Assembly (NCBI GenBank): GCA_964572875.1
Contig: CAZNGE010000001.1
Span: 24,834-88,833 of the forward strand
DNA: 64,000 bases
Reading direction: 5' to 3'
Origin: an uncultured Methanosarcinales archaeon
GTDB taxonomy: Archaea; Nanobdellota; Nanobdellia; Woesearchaeales; UBA11576
In this document: in pieces, positions 11,029 to 21,119 of the stretch
How positions within the stretch are numbered: the stretch's first letter is position 1
Layout of the letters: every line of letters begins with the position of its first letter
Made by a program: the position numbers and the translations under genes
Notes under the pieces: generated by a model
What the model saw: the letters and a program-made list of their open reading frames with translations, nothing else
Databases searched by the model: none
Told to the model about the DNA's origin: nothing

Positions 11029-11361
11029 CTACTCGACTTCCACTTCTTTCAGCACGATATCCTTCCCTTCGATGACTTCAGGGACTGCCTTGCACTTGGG
11101 ACAGAGATATACTGAATGGCCATGGCTGTGCTCCAGTATGTCCGGCTCTCCCTCGTATCCGCAGGCGCATCTGACTTTTGCCTTCCTCGTGACTATCTTG
11201 ACATGCCAATCAGGCACCATACTGCTTAGAGTCTTATTGAGCTCTTCTGCTGGAAGATGCCCCAGATCGCCCACTTCAACGGTTATACCCTTTATTTTCC
11301 CTTGTTTCACATGCTCCTGTGCCACTTCTATGATGTCTTTGCTTATAAGGGTATCATGCAT
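11029..11361 (-). CDS. hypA: Hydrogenase nickel-insertion protein HypA
   Basis: MHDTLISKDIIEVAQE start, CACG...CPKC zinc finger, 110 aa. Track start 11373 is TTG. ATG is at 11361. Confidence 0.8.
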   Translation of the reverse strand: MHDTLISKDIIEVAQEHVKQGKIKGITVEVGDLGHLPAEELNKTLSSMVPDWHVKIVTRKAKVRCACGYEGEPDILEHSHGHSVYLCPKCKAVPEVIEGKDIVLKEVEVE

Positions 11362-11509
11362 CCAGGAAACCAAACAAGCCTTTCTATATAAATATTATCG
11401 TGATTTTAGCGGTTTGTGTAATCATCAAAAAGTCGTGAAAATAAGAGGTGACCATAAGAGGGTGCGTATGAGAAGATATGAGAAAAAAATTATGGAAAAA
11501 TGATGACAT

Positions 11510-13930
11510 CTATTTTATCCCGAGCTGCTTCTCCTTCTCTGCAATCGCCAGCGTTGTCTTGACCACAGTGTCCGGGTTGAGGCTCATGCTGTGTATGCCT
11601 GCCTCGACCACGAACTCTGCGAAGTCCGGGAAGTCCGAAGGAGCCTGTCCGCAGATGCCTATGTACTTTCCTTTCTCGTTCGCGACCTTGATGACCTGCG
11701 CTATAAGTCTCTTGACAGCCTCATTGCGCTCATCATATATAGATGACACGAGCTCTGAATCCCTGTCAAGCCCGAGCGTCAGCTGGGTGAGGTCGTTCGA
11801 GCCGATGCTGAAGCCGTCAAATATCTCAAGGAACTCTTCCGCGAGTATGACATTTGCCGGTATCTCGCACATGCATACGACCTCAAGGCCGTTCTCGCCC
11901 TTCTTCAGCCCATTCTTCTCCATCTCTGCGAGTACCTTGTTTCCTTCTTCTACTGTCCTGCAGAAAGGCACCATCACCTTCAGGTTGGTGAGGCCCATCT
12001 CGTTCCTCACTTTGAGCACTGCCCTGCACTCCAGGCCGAACGCCTCCCTGAAAGATTCAGAATAATATCTTGATGATCCCCTGAAACCTATCATAGGATT
12101 GTCCTCTTTAGGCTCGAAGAACGTGCCGCCTATCAGGTTCGCGTACTCATTGCTCTTGAAATCGCTGAACCGCAGTATGACATCTTTCGGATAGAATGCA
12201 GCGGCGAGCCTCGCGACTCCCATCGCGAGCTTGTCGACATAATACTTGACCTTGTCCTCGTATCCCTTGGTCAGGTCTGCTATCTGCTTCTTGACCTTTG
12301 CGTCAGTCACCTTGTCAGGCTGCAGGAGCGCCTGCGGGTGTATCTTGATGAATGAGTTGATGATGAACTCCTCCCTCGCAAGCCCCACGCCCTTGTTAGG
12401 CAGGAAGCTGAAGTCGAACGCCTCCTCCGGGTTGCCTACGTTCATCATGATCTTGGTCCTTGTCTCGGGCATGCTTGAGAGGTCTGTGGTCTCTATATCG
12501 AACTTGAGAACTCCCTCATACACCTTTCCTATGTCACCTTCTGAGCAGTCGACAGTTATCTTCTTCCCTGACGGTATATTCTCTGTAGCGTTTCCTGTCC
12601 CTACCACACAAGGTATGCCAAGCTCTCTTGAAATGATGGCTGCGTGGCACGTACGCCCACCACGATTCGTCACTATTGCTGCTGCTATCTTCATGATAGG
12701 CTCCCAATCTGGATCAGTCATATCAGTGACAAGGACCTGTCCTTTCTTGAAGTCTCCGATTTCATGGACCTCCTTTATCACATTGGCCTCTCCTGCGCCT
12801 ATCTTCTCACCTACACTATGCCCCTCAATCAGCACTTTTCCCTTTTCCTTGAGCACATAATTCTCTATCTTTGTCGTGTCTTTCCTGCTCTGTACTGTCT
12901 CGGGCCTCGCCTGGACTATGAAGAGCTGTCCTGTGTCCCCGTCCTTTGCCCATTCCATGTCCATGGGCTTGAAGTGGCCTGCCTTCTCGCTGTAATGGTC
13001 CTCTATTATGCAGGCCCATTTGGCAAGCGTGATCACCTCATCCTCATTCAAGGCGAACTTCTTCCTGTCCTCACTGCTCACCTGGACGTTCTTCGTGGGC
13101 TTGATGCCATTGTGGGTGTAGATCATCTTTATGGCCTTCTCACCGACTTCCTTGTTTATGATCGACCTGAATCCTTTCTTAAGCGTGGGCTTGTGTACAT
13201 AGTATTCGTCTGGATTGACCGCGCCCTGGACCACGTTCTCTCCAAGCCCGTAAGCTGCTGTGATGAATACGACATCCGTGAATCCTGATTCCGTGTCTAT
13301 CGAGAACATGACTCCTGAGCATGCTTTGTCTGACCTGACCATCTTCTGCACGCCGATGGAAAGGGCGACCTTGAAGTGGTCGAAGTTCTTGTCCACCCTG
13401 TATGATATGGCCCTGTTGGTGAACAATGACGCGAAGCACCGCCTGCAAGCGTCAAGAAGCATCTCTGGTCCGCATATGTTGAGGAATGTCTCCTGCTGTC
13501 CTGCGAAGCTCGCGTCCGGAAGGTCCTCTGCTGTAGCGCTGCTCCTTACCGCGACGTCTACGTTGTCGCCGTACTGCTTGCACATGTCAGCGTATGCCTT
13601 TACGATTGCGTCCTTGAGCTCCTGCGGGAACTCTGCGTTCAGGAAAAGGTGCCTTACCTTCTCACCCCTGAGTGCGAGGTTCTTCATGTCAGATGTGTTT
13701 AGGTCTCCGAGGACCTCGCGTATCTTATCCTTTATGCCTGATTTCTCGACAAGATAGTCATATGCATAAGCCGTGACCGCGAACCCGTTGGGGACCTGCA
13801 CACCCTTCACCGTAAGGTTGCGGTACATCTCACCGAGAGAGGCGTTCTTGCCTCCGGTATAGGGCACATCCTCTATGCCTAATTGATCGAACCATAGAAT
13901 GAACTCTTTAGACTTATCCATATATTTCAC
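11510..13930 (-). CDS. ppsA: Phosphoenolpyruvate synthase (pyruvate, water dikinase)
   Basis: 806 aa, N-terminal ATP-grasp, central GGRTCHAAIISRELG phospho-His domain, C-terminal PEP-utilizing TIM barrel. Confidence 0.93.
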   Translation of the reverse strand: MKYMDKSKEFILWFDQLGIEDVPYTGGKNASLGEMYRNLTVKGVQVPNGFAVTAYAYDYLVEKSGIKDKIREVLGDLNTSDMKNLALRGEKVRHLFLNAEFPQELKDAIVKAYADMCKQYGDNVDVAVRSSATAEDLPDASFAGQQETFLNICGPEMLLDACRRCFASLFTNRAISYRVDKNFDHFKVALSIGVQKMVRSDKACSGVMFSIDTESGFTDVVFITAAYGLGENVVQGAVNPDEYYVHKPTLKKGFRSIINKEVGEKAIKMIYTHNGIKPTKNVQVSSEDRKKFALNEDEVITLAKWACIIEDHYSEKAGHFKPMDMEWAKDGDTGQLFIVQARPETVQSRKDTTKIENYVLKEKGKVLIEGHSVGEKIGAGEANVIKEVHEIGDFKKGQVLVTDMTDPDWEPIMKIAAAIVTNRGGRTCHAAIISRELGIPCVVGTGNATENIPSGKKITVDCSEGDIGKVYEGVLKFDIETTDLSSMPETRTKIMMNVGNPEEAFDFSFLPNKGVGLAREEFIINSFIKIHPQALLQPDKVTDAKVKKQIADLTKGYEDKVKYYVDKLAMGVARLAAAFYPKDVILRFSDFKSNEYANLIGGTFFEPKEDNPMIGFRGSSRYYSESFREAFGLECRAVLKVRNEMGLTNLKVMVPFCRTVEEGNKVLAEMEKNGLKKGENGLEVVCMCEIPANVILAEEFLEIFDGFSIGSNDLTQLTLGLDRDSELVSSIYDERNEAVKRLIAQVIKVANEKGKYIGICGQAPSDFPDFAEFVVEAGIHSMSLNPDTVVKTTLAIAEKEKQLGIK

Positions 13931-14083
13931 CCTCTTTTTCCCAAAGCGATAATCGACCGATGATGCTTAACTAAAACTTAATTATTATATTCTTATATAC
14001 TGCCTAACCCTCTGTCATTTATAAATGTTACCTTACAGAAACAATCAAAAACTATTTAAAGGACGCCCCCTCTGCGAAAAAGC

Positions 14084-14983
14084 ATGAAAAGAGGCTACCT
14101 ATTCGTCCTGCTGACAGCTTTGGTTAGCGGCGTGTCCATATTTCTCAACAAGTTCGGCGTGGAAGGTATAAACCCTTATGTCTTCACAGGATTCAAGAAC
14201 CTCATAGTGGCGCTTTTCCTGCTGTCATTCCTGCTGGCATTCAAGGAATTCAAGACATTGAAGACTCTTGAGCCGAAGCAATGGGGGCAACTTGCAGCCA
14301 TAGGCTTTTTTGGCGGTTCCGTGCCTTTCCTCCTGTTCTTCAAAGGGCTTTCCATGGCTCCGAGCGCAACAGCTGCGTTGCTGCACAAGTCCATGTTCAT
14401 ATTCATAGCGATCTTTGCAGTCATGTTCCTGAAAGAGAAGCTCAACAAGGGATTCATCATTGCGGCTGTCCTGCTTTTCGCAGGCAACCTCCTGCTGCTC
14501 GGAAAGGCAGCATTCGGTTTCGGCATGCCTGAGGCGCTGATAATGCTCGCAGTCCTGTTCTGGTCTGTCGAGACGATAATATCCAAGCATGTCCTGAAAG
14601 AGCTTCCGTCAAGGATTGTCGCTTTCGGAAGGATGTCATTCGGTGTGCTTTTCATCCTTATATTCCTGGGCGCGACAGGAAACATAACAAATATTGCTGC
14701 TTTGACTGCTCCGCAGATAGGCTGGATAGTTCTTACATCCGCCCTGCTATTCCTATATGTGATTTCATGGTATGCAGGCCTGAAGCTGGTGCCTGCGTCA
14801 AGGGCTGCCTGTGTTCTTCTGCTCGGAAGCGCGGTAACGACTCTGCTCTCTTTCATCTACGCAGGTTCTGTCACTGTAGCAGGTCTTGCAGGGACTGTGT
14901 GCATAATTTTAGGAGTGCTTATCATAACAGGATATTCTTACATCACATCAAAGCTCAGGATATTGTTTCCTTCTAAGAACTAA
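14084..14983 (+). CDS. EamA/DMT-family transporter (10 TM)
   Basis: Two-fold repeated 5-TM hydrophobic architecture, 299 aa. Confidence 0.75.
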   Translation: MKRGYLFVLLTALVSGVSIFLNKFGVEGINPYVFTGFKNLIVALFLLSFLLAFKEFKTLKTLEPKQWGQLAAIGFFGGSVPFLLFFKGLSMAPSATAALLHKSMFIFIAIFAVMFLKEKLNKGFIIAAVLLFAGNLLLLGKAAFGFGMPEALIMLAVLFWSVETIISKHVLKELPSRIVAFGRMSFGVLFILIFLGATGNITNIAALTAPQIGWIVLTSALLFLYVISWYAGLKLVPASRAACVLLLGSAVTTLLSFIYAGSVTVAGLAGTVCIILGVLIITGYSYITSKLRILFPSKN

Positions 14984-14992
14984 AATCAAGAA

Positions 14993-15436
14993 CTAGATTT
15001 TCTCCACTGCATATCCATAATGTATCATGGCAGTGTCTCCTTCCTTTGCGCCTTTGTAGAGAGGTGCGACGATTCGGACATCACCCCCGCCCAGGTCTGC
15101 CCTGAAGAATCCCTTGATCTCCTTGACAAGCTTTCCAGGCTTCACCACGCAGAGCCGTCTTACCAGAGGCGGCAGGTCCTTGCTCAGCATTGCCTCATGG
15201 CCTTCGCAGAAGTATTCCCTGATCGTCTCTACATTCCAGAAGTCTTCACGGGTCTGCCTGAGGCGCTCGAATGCTTTCGGGAATGTCTTCTCGAGATATT
15301 CGCGAGGCAGGGGAGTGTCATTCTCGACAGCCTCGCGCATGCGCTCGTATTCCTCCTCTGTCATGGTTTTCCTGAAATCCACAAGCACCCTTGCGCATGG
15401 GAACGCGTACCGCATGAAATAGACTTCAGGAAGCAT
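14993..15436 (-). CDS. Hypothetical protein, translationally coupled downstream of hypC
   Basis: ORF begins 1 nt after the hypC stop (alternative Mets at 15445/15448 overlap it). Coherent non-repetitive sequence. No recognisable family. Confidence 0.5.
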   Translation of the reverse strand: MLPEVYFMRYAFPCARVLVDFRKTMTEEEYERMREAVENDTPLPREYLEKTFPKAFERLRQTREDFWNVETIREYFCEGHEAMLSKDLPPLVRRLCVVKPGKLVKEIKGFFRADLGGGDVRIVAPLYKGAKEGDTAMIHYGYAVEKI

Positions 15437-15437
15437 A

Positions 15438-15674
15438 TCAGGCATCATCCACACCCTTATCCTCATTCTCAAAGACTGTCTCCCACGCCTTGAGGCTCTT
15501 CAATGCCTCTTCATCAGGTATCTTCTGCACGATGATCTGCGCAGACACGAACACGTAGTCCCCGACAGCATACTCCCCATCCATGATCCTCGCAATCCTC
15601 GTCTGCCCAGGATACTCGACAGTAGCATCATCCCCTTCTATCTTCACTATCTTCCCAGGCATCGCCAAGCACAT
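15438..15674 (-). CDS. hypC: Hydrogenase assembly chaperone HypC/HupF
   Basis: MCLAMPGKIVKI N-terminus (MCLAIP signature), 78 aa. Confidence 0.85.
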   Translation of the reverse strand: MCLAMPGKIVKIEGDDATVEYPGQTRIARIMDGEYAVGDYVFVSAQIIVQKIPDEEALKSLKAWETVFENEDKGVDDA

Positions 15675-15808
15675 CTTATCATCCTCATCTTAGGCAGCAC
15701 CACGACAACCTGCGGTTGTGGGGTTCAAGCAGAGCTCGAACCACCGCTCCTCGCGTGCAGCTGCAGCAATAAGTAAAACATATAAACCCTACTGCCTATA
15801 AAAACCTT

Positions 15809-16237
15809 ATGCTCCACATCCTGGCATTCGGCAATCCGTACCTAAAAGAGGACAGTCTCGCAGTCAGGGTAGCTGACCTTATCATAGAGGACAAAGTGCC
15901 CGGCATTGAGATAGTGAAATGCATCTCTCCTGACGAGCTGCTGAACTACTTTGACAAGGATTTCGTGATACTCGATGTTGTCAAGGACGCGGATGATGTC
16001 ATGATTATTGATGACATAGAAAGGCTGCAGTCAGGAAAGATAGTATCGCTCCACGACTTTGACCTCGGATTCTTCCTGAAGCTGATGAAGGAGACAGGTA
16101 GGATGGAGAAGATAATGATAATAGGCATCCCTCAGCAGGGCGACATAAAAGAGATTAAAGAGAAAGTCAAGAAAAAGATTCTGGGCCTGCTGGACAGCCT
16201 CAATCCTCCTGCCAGTCCAGCTGCAGGAAATGCGTAG
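15809..16237 (+). CDS. Hydrogenase maturation endopeptidase (HycI/FrhD family)
   Basis: ILAFGNPYLKEDSLAVRVADLI and SLHDFDLG motifs, about 140 aa, adjacent to the second hydrogenase. Confidence 0.75.
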   Translation: MLHILAFGNPYLKEDSLAVRVADLIIEDKVPGIEIVKCISPDELLNYFDKDFVILDVVKDADDVMIIDDIERLQSGKIVSLHDFDLGFFLKLMKETGRMEKIMIIGIPQQGDIKEIKEKVKKKILGLLDSLNPPASPAAGNA

Positions 16238-17489
16238 AGCAGGAAATGCAGGGGTCGTAAGCTCTTATCAGCTTCTCTATGTCGAGCTTTATCTCTTCCT
16301 GGCCCTTGTCAAGTATCGAGGGAAGGAATGCCTTTATCGACTCTTCTACATGCTGAAGGCTCTGCGTGGTCGGGGTGGTTATGTCCGCGAACGTGCAGTA
16401 CCCCTCATCATCGAACTTGTAATGGTGGAATAGTATTCCCCTCGGTGCCTCGCAAGCGCCGATCCCTTCGCATGAGCATGGCTTGACATCGAACTCGACA
16501 GGCTTCTCCGATTTCAGCTCGAGGTTGGAGAGTATAATGATGGACCTGTTTATGCCTTCCAGGATCTCGATTGCCTGCGCGATTATGTTCATGAAAGGAT
16601 TGGACTTATTCTCGCAGACCTGCCTCGCGTACTGCTTGGCCTCATTCGACAGGAACTCGAAATTGTTGCAGAGCCGCGCCAGCGCTCCGACGAGATAGCT
16701 CTTTCCCTCCTGTGTCGCAAACTCCGCGGTGCTTCCTTCGCGCAGGTATTCCTTGAAGTGCTGCTTGTAGTCCTTTGTCGGGAAGCATGTTCCCCTCTCG
16801 CACCGCACGATCCTGTCTGAGTAGAAATACGTGCCTCCTGACAGCGCGAACTTGGGCGCGTCATTCTCGAACTCCGGATACGAGAGCCCTGAGAAGAGCT
16901 TGACCGTCTCTACAGCGTCGACCTTGCACTGCTTGAGCTCCTCGACGAGCGCATCAATCATGGTCTTGTCAGGTATCCGTGAGAACCCGCCGATGACACA
17001 GCCGATAGGATGGACGTCCCTGCCTGCGAGCGTGAATACTATATGGTTGCCGAGCCTCTTGAGCCGCAGCGCCCTCTCGACGAGCGCTTTGTGCTTCTTC
17101 GCCAGGCCTATCGCGCTCCCGACGCCGGAATAGTCCGGCAGGGTTAGGAAGTAGAGGTGCAGAGCATGGCTCTGTATTATGCCCCCTATGTTGAGGACTT
17201 CGCGAAGCTTACGGGTCTGCTCAGATACCTTGATGCCGAACGCGTCCTCTATCGCCTTTATCGAAGTTATGGCATGGACCACGGAGCATATCCCGCATAT
17301 TCTCGACGATATATGGCTCAGGTCATTGAACTTCTTGCCCTTGAGTATGCCTTCGAAGAACCTCGCGCCCTCGAGCACGTTGAGCTTGGCCTCTTCCACC
17401 TTGCCGCCGGATATCTTCACGTGCAGCTTCGCATGACCCTCTATCTTGGTTATATGGTCGAGCTCAAGCTTTCTTGGCATCTTTTTCAC
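16200..17489 (-). CDS. Second [NiFe] hydrogenase large subunit, group 3 (paralog of hydA)
   Basis: RICGICS and DPCISCSTH motifs. 429 aa. Readily alignable to 6510..7790. Confidence 0.9.
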   Translation of the reverse strand: MKKMPRKLELDHITKIEGHAKLHVKISGGKVEEAKLNVLEGARFFEGILKGKKFNDLSHISSRICGICSVVHAITSIKAIEDAFGIKVSEQTRKLREVLNIGGIIQSHALHLYFLTLPDYSGVGSAIGLAKKHKALVERALRLKRLGNHIVFTLAGRDVHPIGCVIGGFSRIPDKTMIDALVEELKQCKVDAVETVKLFSGLSYPEFENDAPKFALSGGTYFYSDRIVRCERGTCFPTKDYKQHFKEYLREGSTAEFATQEGKSYLVGALARLCNNFEFLSNEAKQYARQVCENKSNPFMNIIAQAIEILEGINRSIIILSNLELKSEKPVEFDVKPCSCEGIGACEAPRGILFHHYKFDDEGYCTFADITTPTTQSLQHVEESIKAFLPSILDKGQEEIKLDIEKLIRAYDPCISCSTHFLQLDWQED

Positions 17490-18273
17490 CTTTTGATTTC
17501 AGAATGGCATCCTTTACCTTCTGCTCGCCGAACTTACTCAGCTTGTTCATGACATCCTTCTCATCGAGGCCCCAGCTCTTGAACAACGCGACTTCTGCAG
17601 GGAAGTTTGCGGTGTCGAGCGGCCCCCTGCACATTATGCAGGGTATGTTCTGCTTAATGCATACCGCGTCGCAGCCTCCGCGCGTGAGCGCTCCCATGCA
17701 CACTGTCTTCTCGCGCAGGAAGCAGTCCTTTCCCCTGCGCGGGCATTGGTTGCATACAGGGCCCTTGAACTCCTCGAACTTCTTCCCTTCGAGATAGCCG
17801 TTGATGAAGTCCATGAACTCCTTCTTGAGTATCGGGCAGCCATGGAGATAATGGTCCACCTTGACGAATCGGTCTATGGGCTGCGCCTCTATTGAGTCCG
17901 AGAGCATCTGCTGGTTATAGATATACTTGCCCAGCTCCTTGCTCTCTATGAAGTTGCGCATCGCAGGAATCCCCCCGTAGCATGCGCAGGCCCCGAGTGC
18001 GACAACAAGCCGGGATTTCTTTCTTATCTGCTTGAGCTTGCTGACTTCCCTCTTCGTGGTTATCGCACCTTCGACAAAAGCGATGTCGAACTCAGCTTCC
18101 TTGTTCTTCTCCTTTATGAGATTGAAATACTTTATATCGAGCTTCTCCAGAAGCCTGCTGAGATCATCAAGAAAGAGCACTGTGAACCCGCACCCCTCGC
18201 AGCACGTGAAGCAGAAAAATCCGACTATGGGCTTTGCATGCTTTGGGCCTGAAGCAGGAGATTTTTTTGGCAT
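17464..18273 (-). CDS. Second [NiFe] hydrogenase small subunit, group 3
   Basis: FFCFTCCEGCG and GACACYGGIP cluster motifs. 269 aa. Overlaps the large subunit start. Confidence 0.85.
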   Translation of the reverse strand: MPKKSPASGPKHAKPIVGFFCFTCCEGCGFTVLFLDDLSRLLEKLDIKYFNLIKEKNKEAEFDIAFVEGAITTKREVSKLKQIRKKSRLVVALGACACYGGIPAMRNFIESKELGKYIYNQQMLSDSIEAQPIDRFVKVDHYLHGCPILKKEFMDFINGYLEGKKFEEFKGPVCNQCPRRGKDCFLREKTVCMGALTRGGCDAVCIKQNIPCIMCRGPLDTANFPAEVALFKSWGLDEKDVMNKLSKFGEQKVKDAILKSKGEKDAKKA

Positions 18274-18572
18274 TTAACAGTACCTCTTTTTTCAGCACAT
18301 ATCTCATTTTGCACGGTTTATAACTTTTTTGTTTTTTACGCGACATGTGAAAAGACGCAAAAAAGCTGAAATGCCTGAAAACGAGGCTTCTGAATTAGTG
18401 ACTAAACATCTGAAAATCCGACAGACCACTGCGCAGTGAACACGAATTTTTATAAAGGGCGTAATCTGGGACACAATACAGTTAGTAATACGTCCAGTAG
18501 CAAAAATTGATGTCAAAGATTGAAAATAGAGTGAAAAAGAGGCATACTGATTAGGTCAGTAGTTACGACAAA

Positions 18573-19808
18573 ATGAGAGTGTTGATGTTCGGTTGGGAGT
18601 TCCCCCCCTTCAAGAGCGGCGGTCTAGGTACGGCCTGCTATGACCTAACCAAGGGTCTCTCGAACCAGGGCGTAAACGTCACCTTTGTCATGCCTGTCGC
18701 TCCTGAAGGAGCCAATGCGCAGTTCGTCAAGCTCGTGGGTGCCAACAACTTCTCAAAAAATGTCAAACTCCGCAAAATAAGCTCTGTTCTCACACCATAC
18801 CAATCATTCAGCTCGTATTCCGAAGCGCTCAGCAAAGTCAGGGCATCATCGAATTACACGACCTCTAAGGATAAGGTATATGGCAATAATCTCTATGAAG
18901 AAGTATACCGTTACTCCATCGCTGCTGCTGACATAGCTGAGGAAGAGGAGTTCGATGTTATCCATGTCCATGACTGGATGACCTACAGGGCAGGCATAAA
19001 CGCCAAGGCCGCTTCTGGCAAGCCATTGGTCGCACATATCCATGCGACAGAGTTCGACCGCACAGGAGGCAATCCCAACCAGATAATAAGCCACATGGAA
19101 TATCAGGGCCTCAGGGCTGCGGATGTAGTGATAGCCAACTCGAATTTCACCAAGCAGAACGTAATCAAGCATTACAGCATCGATCCGGATAAGATAAAGG
19201 TCGTTCACTGGGGAATCGATCCCGAGAACCCATATTATGGGATCAATCATAAGTCTCCTTTCGATGATGAAAAGATCGTACTTTTCCTCGGCAGGATAAC
19301 CATACAGAAAGGTCCTGATTACTTTGTTGAGGCAGCCAACAATGTGCTGAAGTATGTGCCGAATACCAAGTTTGTGGTCGCTGGCTCCGGAGACATGTTC
19401 GAGCGCATGATCAACAGGGCAGACGAGCTGGGGATACTCAACAACTTCATATTCACAGGATTCCTCAAGGGCGCTGACGTCCACAAGGCATTCCAGATGG
19501 CAGACCTTTATGTGATGCCTTCAGTTTCCGAGCCTTTCGGCCTCGTCGCGCTCGAATCGCTAAAGAACGGCACGCCGATACTGATATCAAAGCAGTCAGG
19601 GGTCAGCGAGGTCGTGAATCACGCCCTGAAGGTCGATTTCTGGGATGTGGCTGAGATGACCAACAAGATAGTCAATGTGCTGAAGTATCCTGAACTGCAT
19701 TCAGAGCTAAAGGAAAACAGCTTCAGGGAAGTACAGGGCTTCAACCTTGACGAACCGGCCAGGAAGACCAGGGAGATCTACGAGCAGGCTATAATTATCA
19801 AGAGGTAA
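18573..19808 (+). CDS. GT-B retaining glycosyltransferase (GT4/GT5-like; archaeal glycogen/alpha-glucan synthase-like)
   Basis: MRVLMFGWEFPPFKSGGLG N-terminus and C-terminal EPFGLVALESL motif of GT4/GT5 synthases. Adjacent to GH57. Confidence 0.75.
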   Translation: MRVLMFGWEFPPFKSGGLGTACYDLTKGLSNQGVNVTFVMPVAPEGANAQFVKLVGANNFSKNVKLRKISSVLTPYQSFSSYSEALSKVRASSNYTTSKDKVYGNNLYEEVYRYSIAAADIAEEEEFDVIHVHDWMTYRAGINAKAASGKPLVAHIHATEFDRTGGNPNQIISHMEYQGLRAADVVIANSNFTKQNVIKHYSIDPDKIKVVHWGIDPENPYYGINHKSPFDDEKIVLFLGRITIQKGPDYFVEAANNVLKYVPNTKFVVAGSGDMFERMINRADELGILNNFIFTGFLKGADVHKAFQMADLYVMPSVSEPFGLVALESLKNGTPILISKQSGVSEVVNHALKVDFWDVAEMTNKIVNVLKYPELHSELKENSFREVQGFNLDEPARKTREIYEQAIIIKR

Positions 19809-19816
19809 TCGAAAAA

Positions 19817-21064
19817 ATGGTGAGCGTGTGTTTTTATTTCCAGGTGCATCAGCCTTTCAGGATGAGGCGTTACCCTATCTTTGATATAGGGAAGAAGCGG
19901 AACTATTTTGACGACGAGAAGAACATAGAGGTGCTCAGGAAGGTCGCGAGGAAGTGCTACCTCCCTGCGAACAGCCTCATGCTGGATCTTCTTGAGAGGC
20001 ATCCCGGGTTCAGGATATCCTATTCTTTGTCAGGTGTTTTTATTGAGCAGTGCGAGAAGTGGGCTCCCGAAGTGCTGGAGAGCTTCAGGAAGCTTGTGGA
20101 TACTGGACGTGTCGAGATTCTATCTGAGACTTACTACCACTCTCTCGCATACCTTTTTTCTAAGGATGAGTTCAAGGAGCAGGTGCTTTTGCACAGGAAG
20201 AAGATTGAGGAGGTGTTCGGCGTCACGCCAAGAGTCTTCAGGAACACAGAGCTGATATACAACAATGAGATCGCGAACTACATCGAAGGAATGGGCTTCA
20301 AGGGAATCATAGCCGAGGGTTGGGACCCTATCCTGGGCTGGAAGAGCGCGAACTTCGTTTACAGGCCAAAGACGACCAGGAATATCAGGCTCCTGCTCAA
20401 GAACTACCGCCTGTCTGATGACATAGCGTTCCGCTTCTCGAACAGGGGATGGGCGGAATGGCCCCTGACGACAGATAAGTTCTGCCAGTGGGTGAACAGA
20501 TACAACGGCAGCGGCGAGTGCATCAACCTGTTCATGGACTACGAGACGATAGGGGAGCACCAGTGGGAGGACACAGGCATATTCGATTTCCTGCGACACC
20601 TGCCAGGCGAGCTGCTGAAGCACCCTGACAACAGCTTCAAGACACCGTCAGAGCTGATAGACACGCACGAGGCAAAAGACGAGATAGACTGCCACCACAT
20701 GATATCCTGGGCAGACATAGAGCGCGACCTGTCGGCATGGCTCGGCAACAGGATCCAGCAGTCATCCGCGAACAGGCTCTACTCATTGGAGAAGGACATA
20801 AAAAATTCAGGAGATCAGCAGCTGCTGGACGACTGGCGCAAATTACAGACATCAGATCATTTCTACTACATGTGCACCAAATGGTTCAATGATGGCGACG
20901 TGCATAAGTACTTCAACCCTTATGACTCGCCATACGACTCTTTCATGAATTTCATGAACGTGATGAATGACATAGTGATACGGCTGAAATCAGGGACTAA
21001 GACGGCATCAGGTGAGGCTGCTGCTGGCGAGGTGAAGGGCGATGACATGGGCAAGGCATTATAA
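19817..21064 (+). CDS. Glycoside hydrolase family 57 protein (alpha-amylase/branching-enzyme family)
   Basis: FYFQVHQPFR region-I motif of GH57 and overall GH57-like N-terminal domain. 415 aa. Confidence 0.72.
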   Translation: MVSVCFYFQVHQPFRMRRYPIFDIGKKRNYFDDEKNIEVLRKVARKCYLPANSLMLDLLERHPGFRISYSLSGVFIEQCEKWAPEVLESFRKLVDTGRVEILSETYYHSLAYLFSKDEFKEQVLLHRKKIEEVFGVTPRVFRNTELIYNNEIANYIEGMGFKGIIAEGWDPILGWKSANFVYRPKTTRNIRLLLKNYRLSDDIAFRFSNRGWAEWPLTTDKFCQWVNRYNGSGECINLFMDYETIGEHQWEDTGIFDFLRHLPGELLKHPDNSFKTPSELIDTHEAKDEIDCHHMISWADIERDLSAWLGNRIQQSSANRLYSLEKDIKNSGDQQLLDDWRKLQTSDHFYYMCTKWFNDGDVHKYFNPYDSPYDSFMNFMNVMNDIVIRLKSGTKTASGEAAAGEVKGDDMGKAL

Positions 21065-21119
21065 GAAGAGGAAATCAGCCGCAAGGCCTATCGTGAAAAG
21101 GATGGAACGGAGGGAGGCC

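Noticed and set aside
10561-11115. 184-aa + strand ORF across the hydB start and hypA end
   Set aside because: Spans the GC-rich intergenic region and is antisense to hydB and hypA. No coding features.
15700-15770. tRNA gene (GGTTCAAG / GGTTCGAGC T-loop-like strings)
   Set aside because: No acceptor stem or anticodon arm can be built on either strand. It is a nested hairpin instead.
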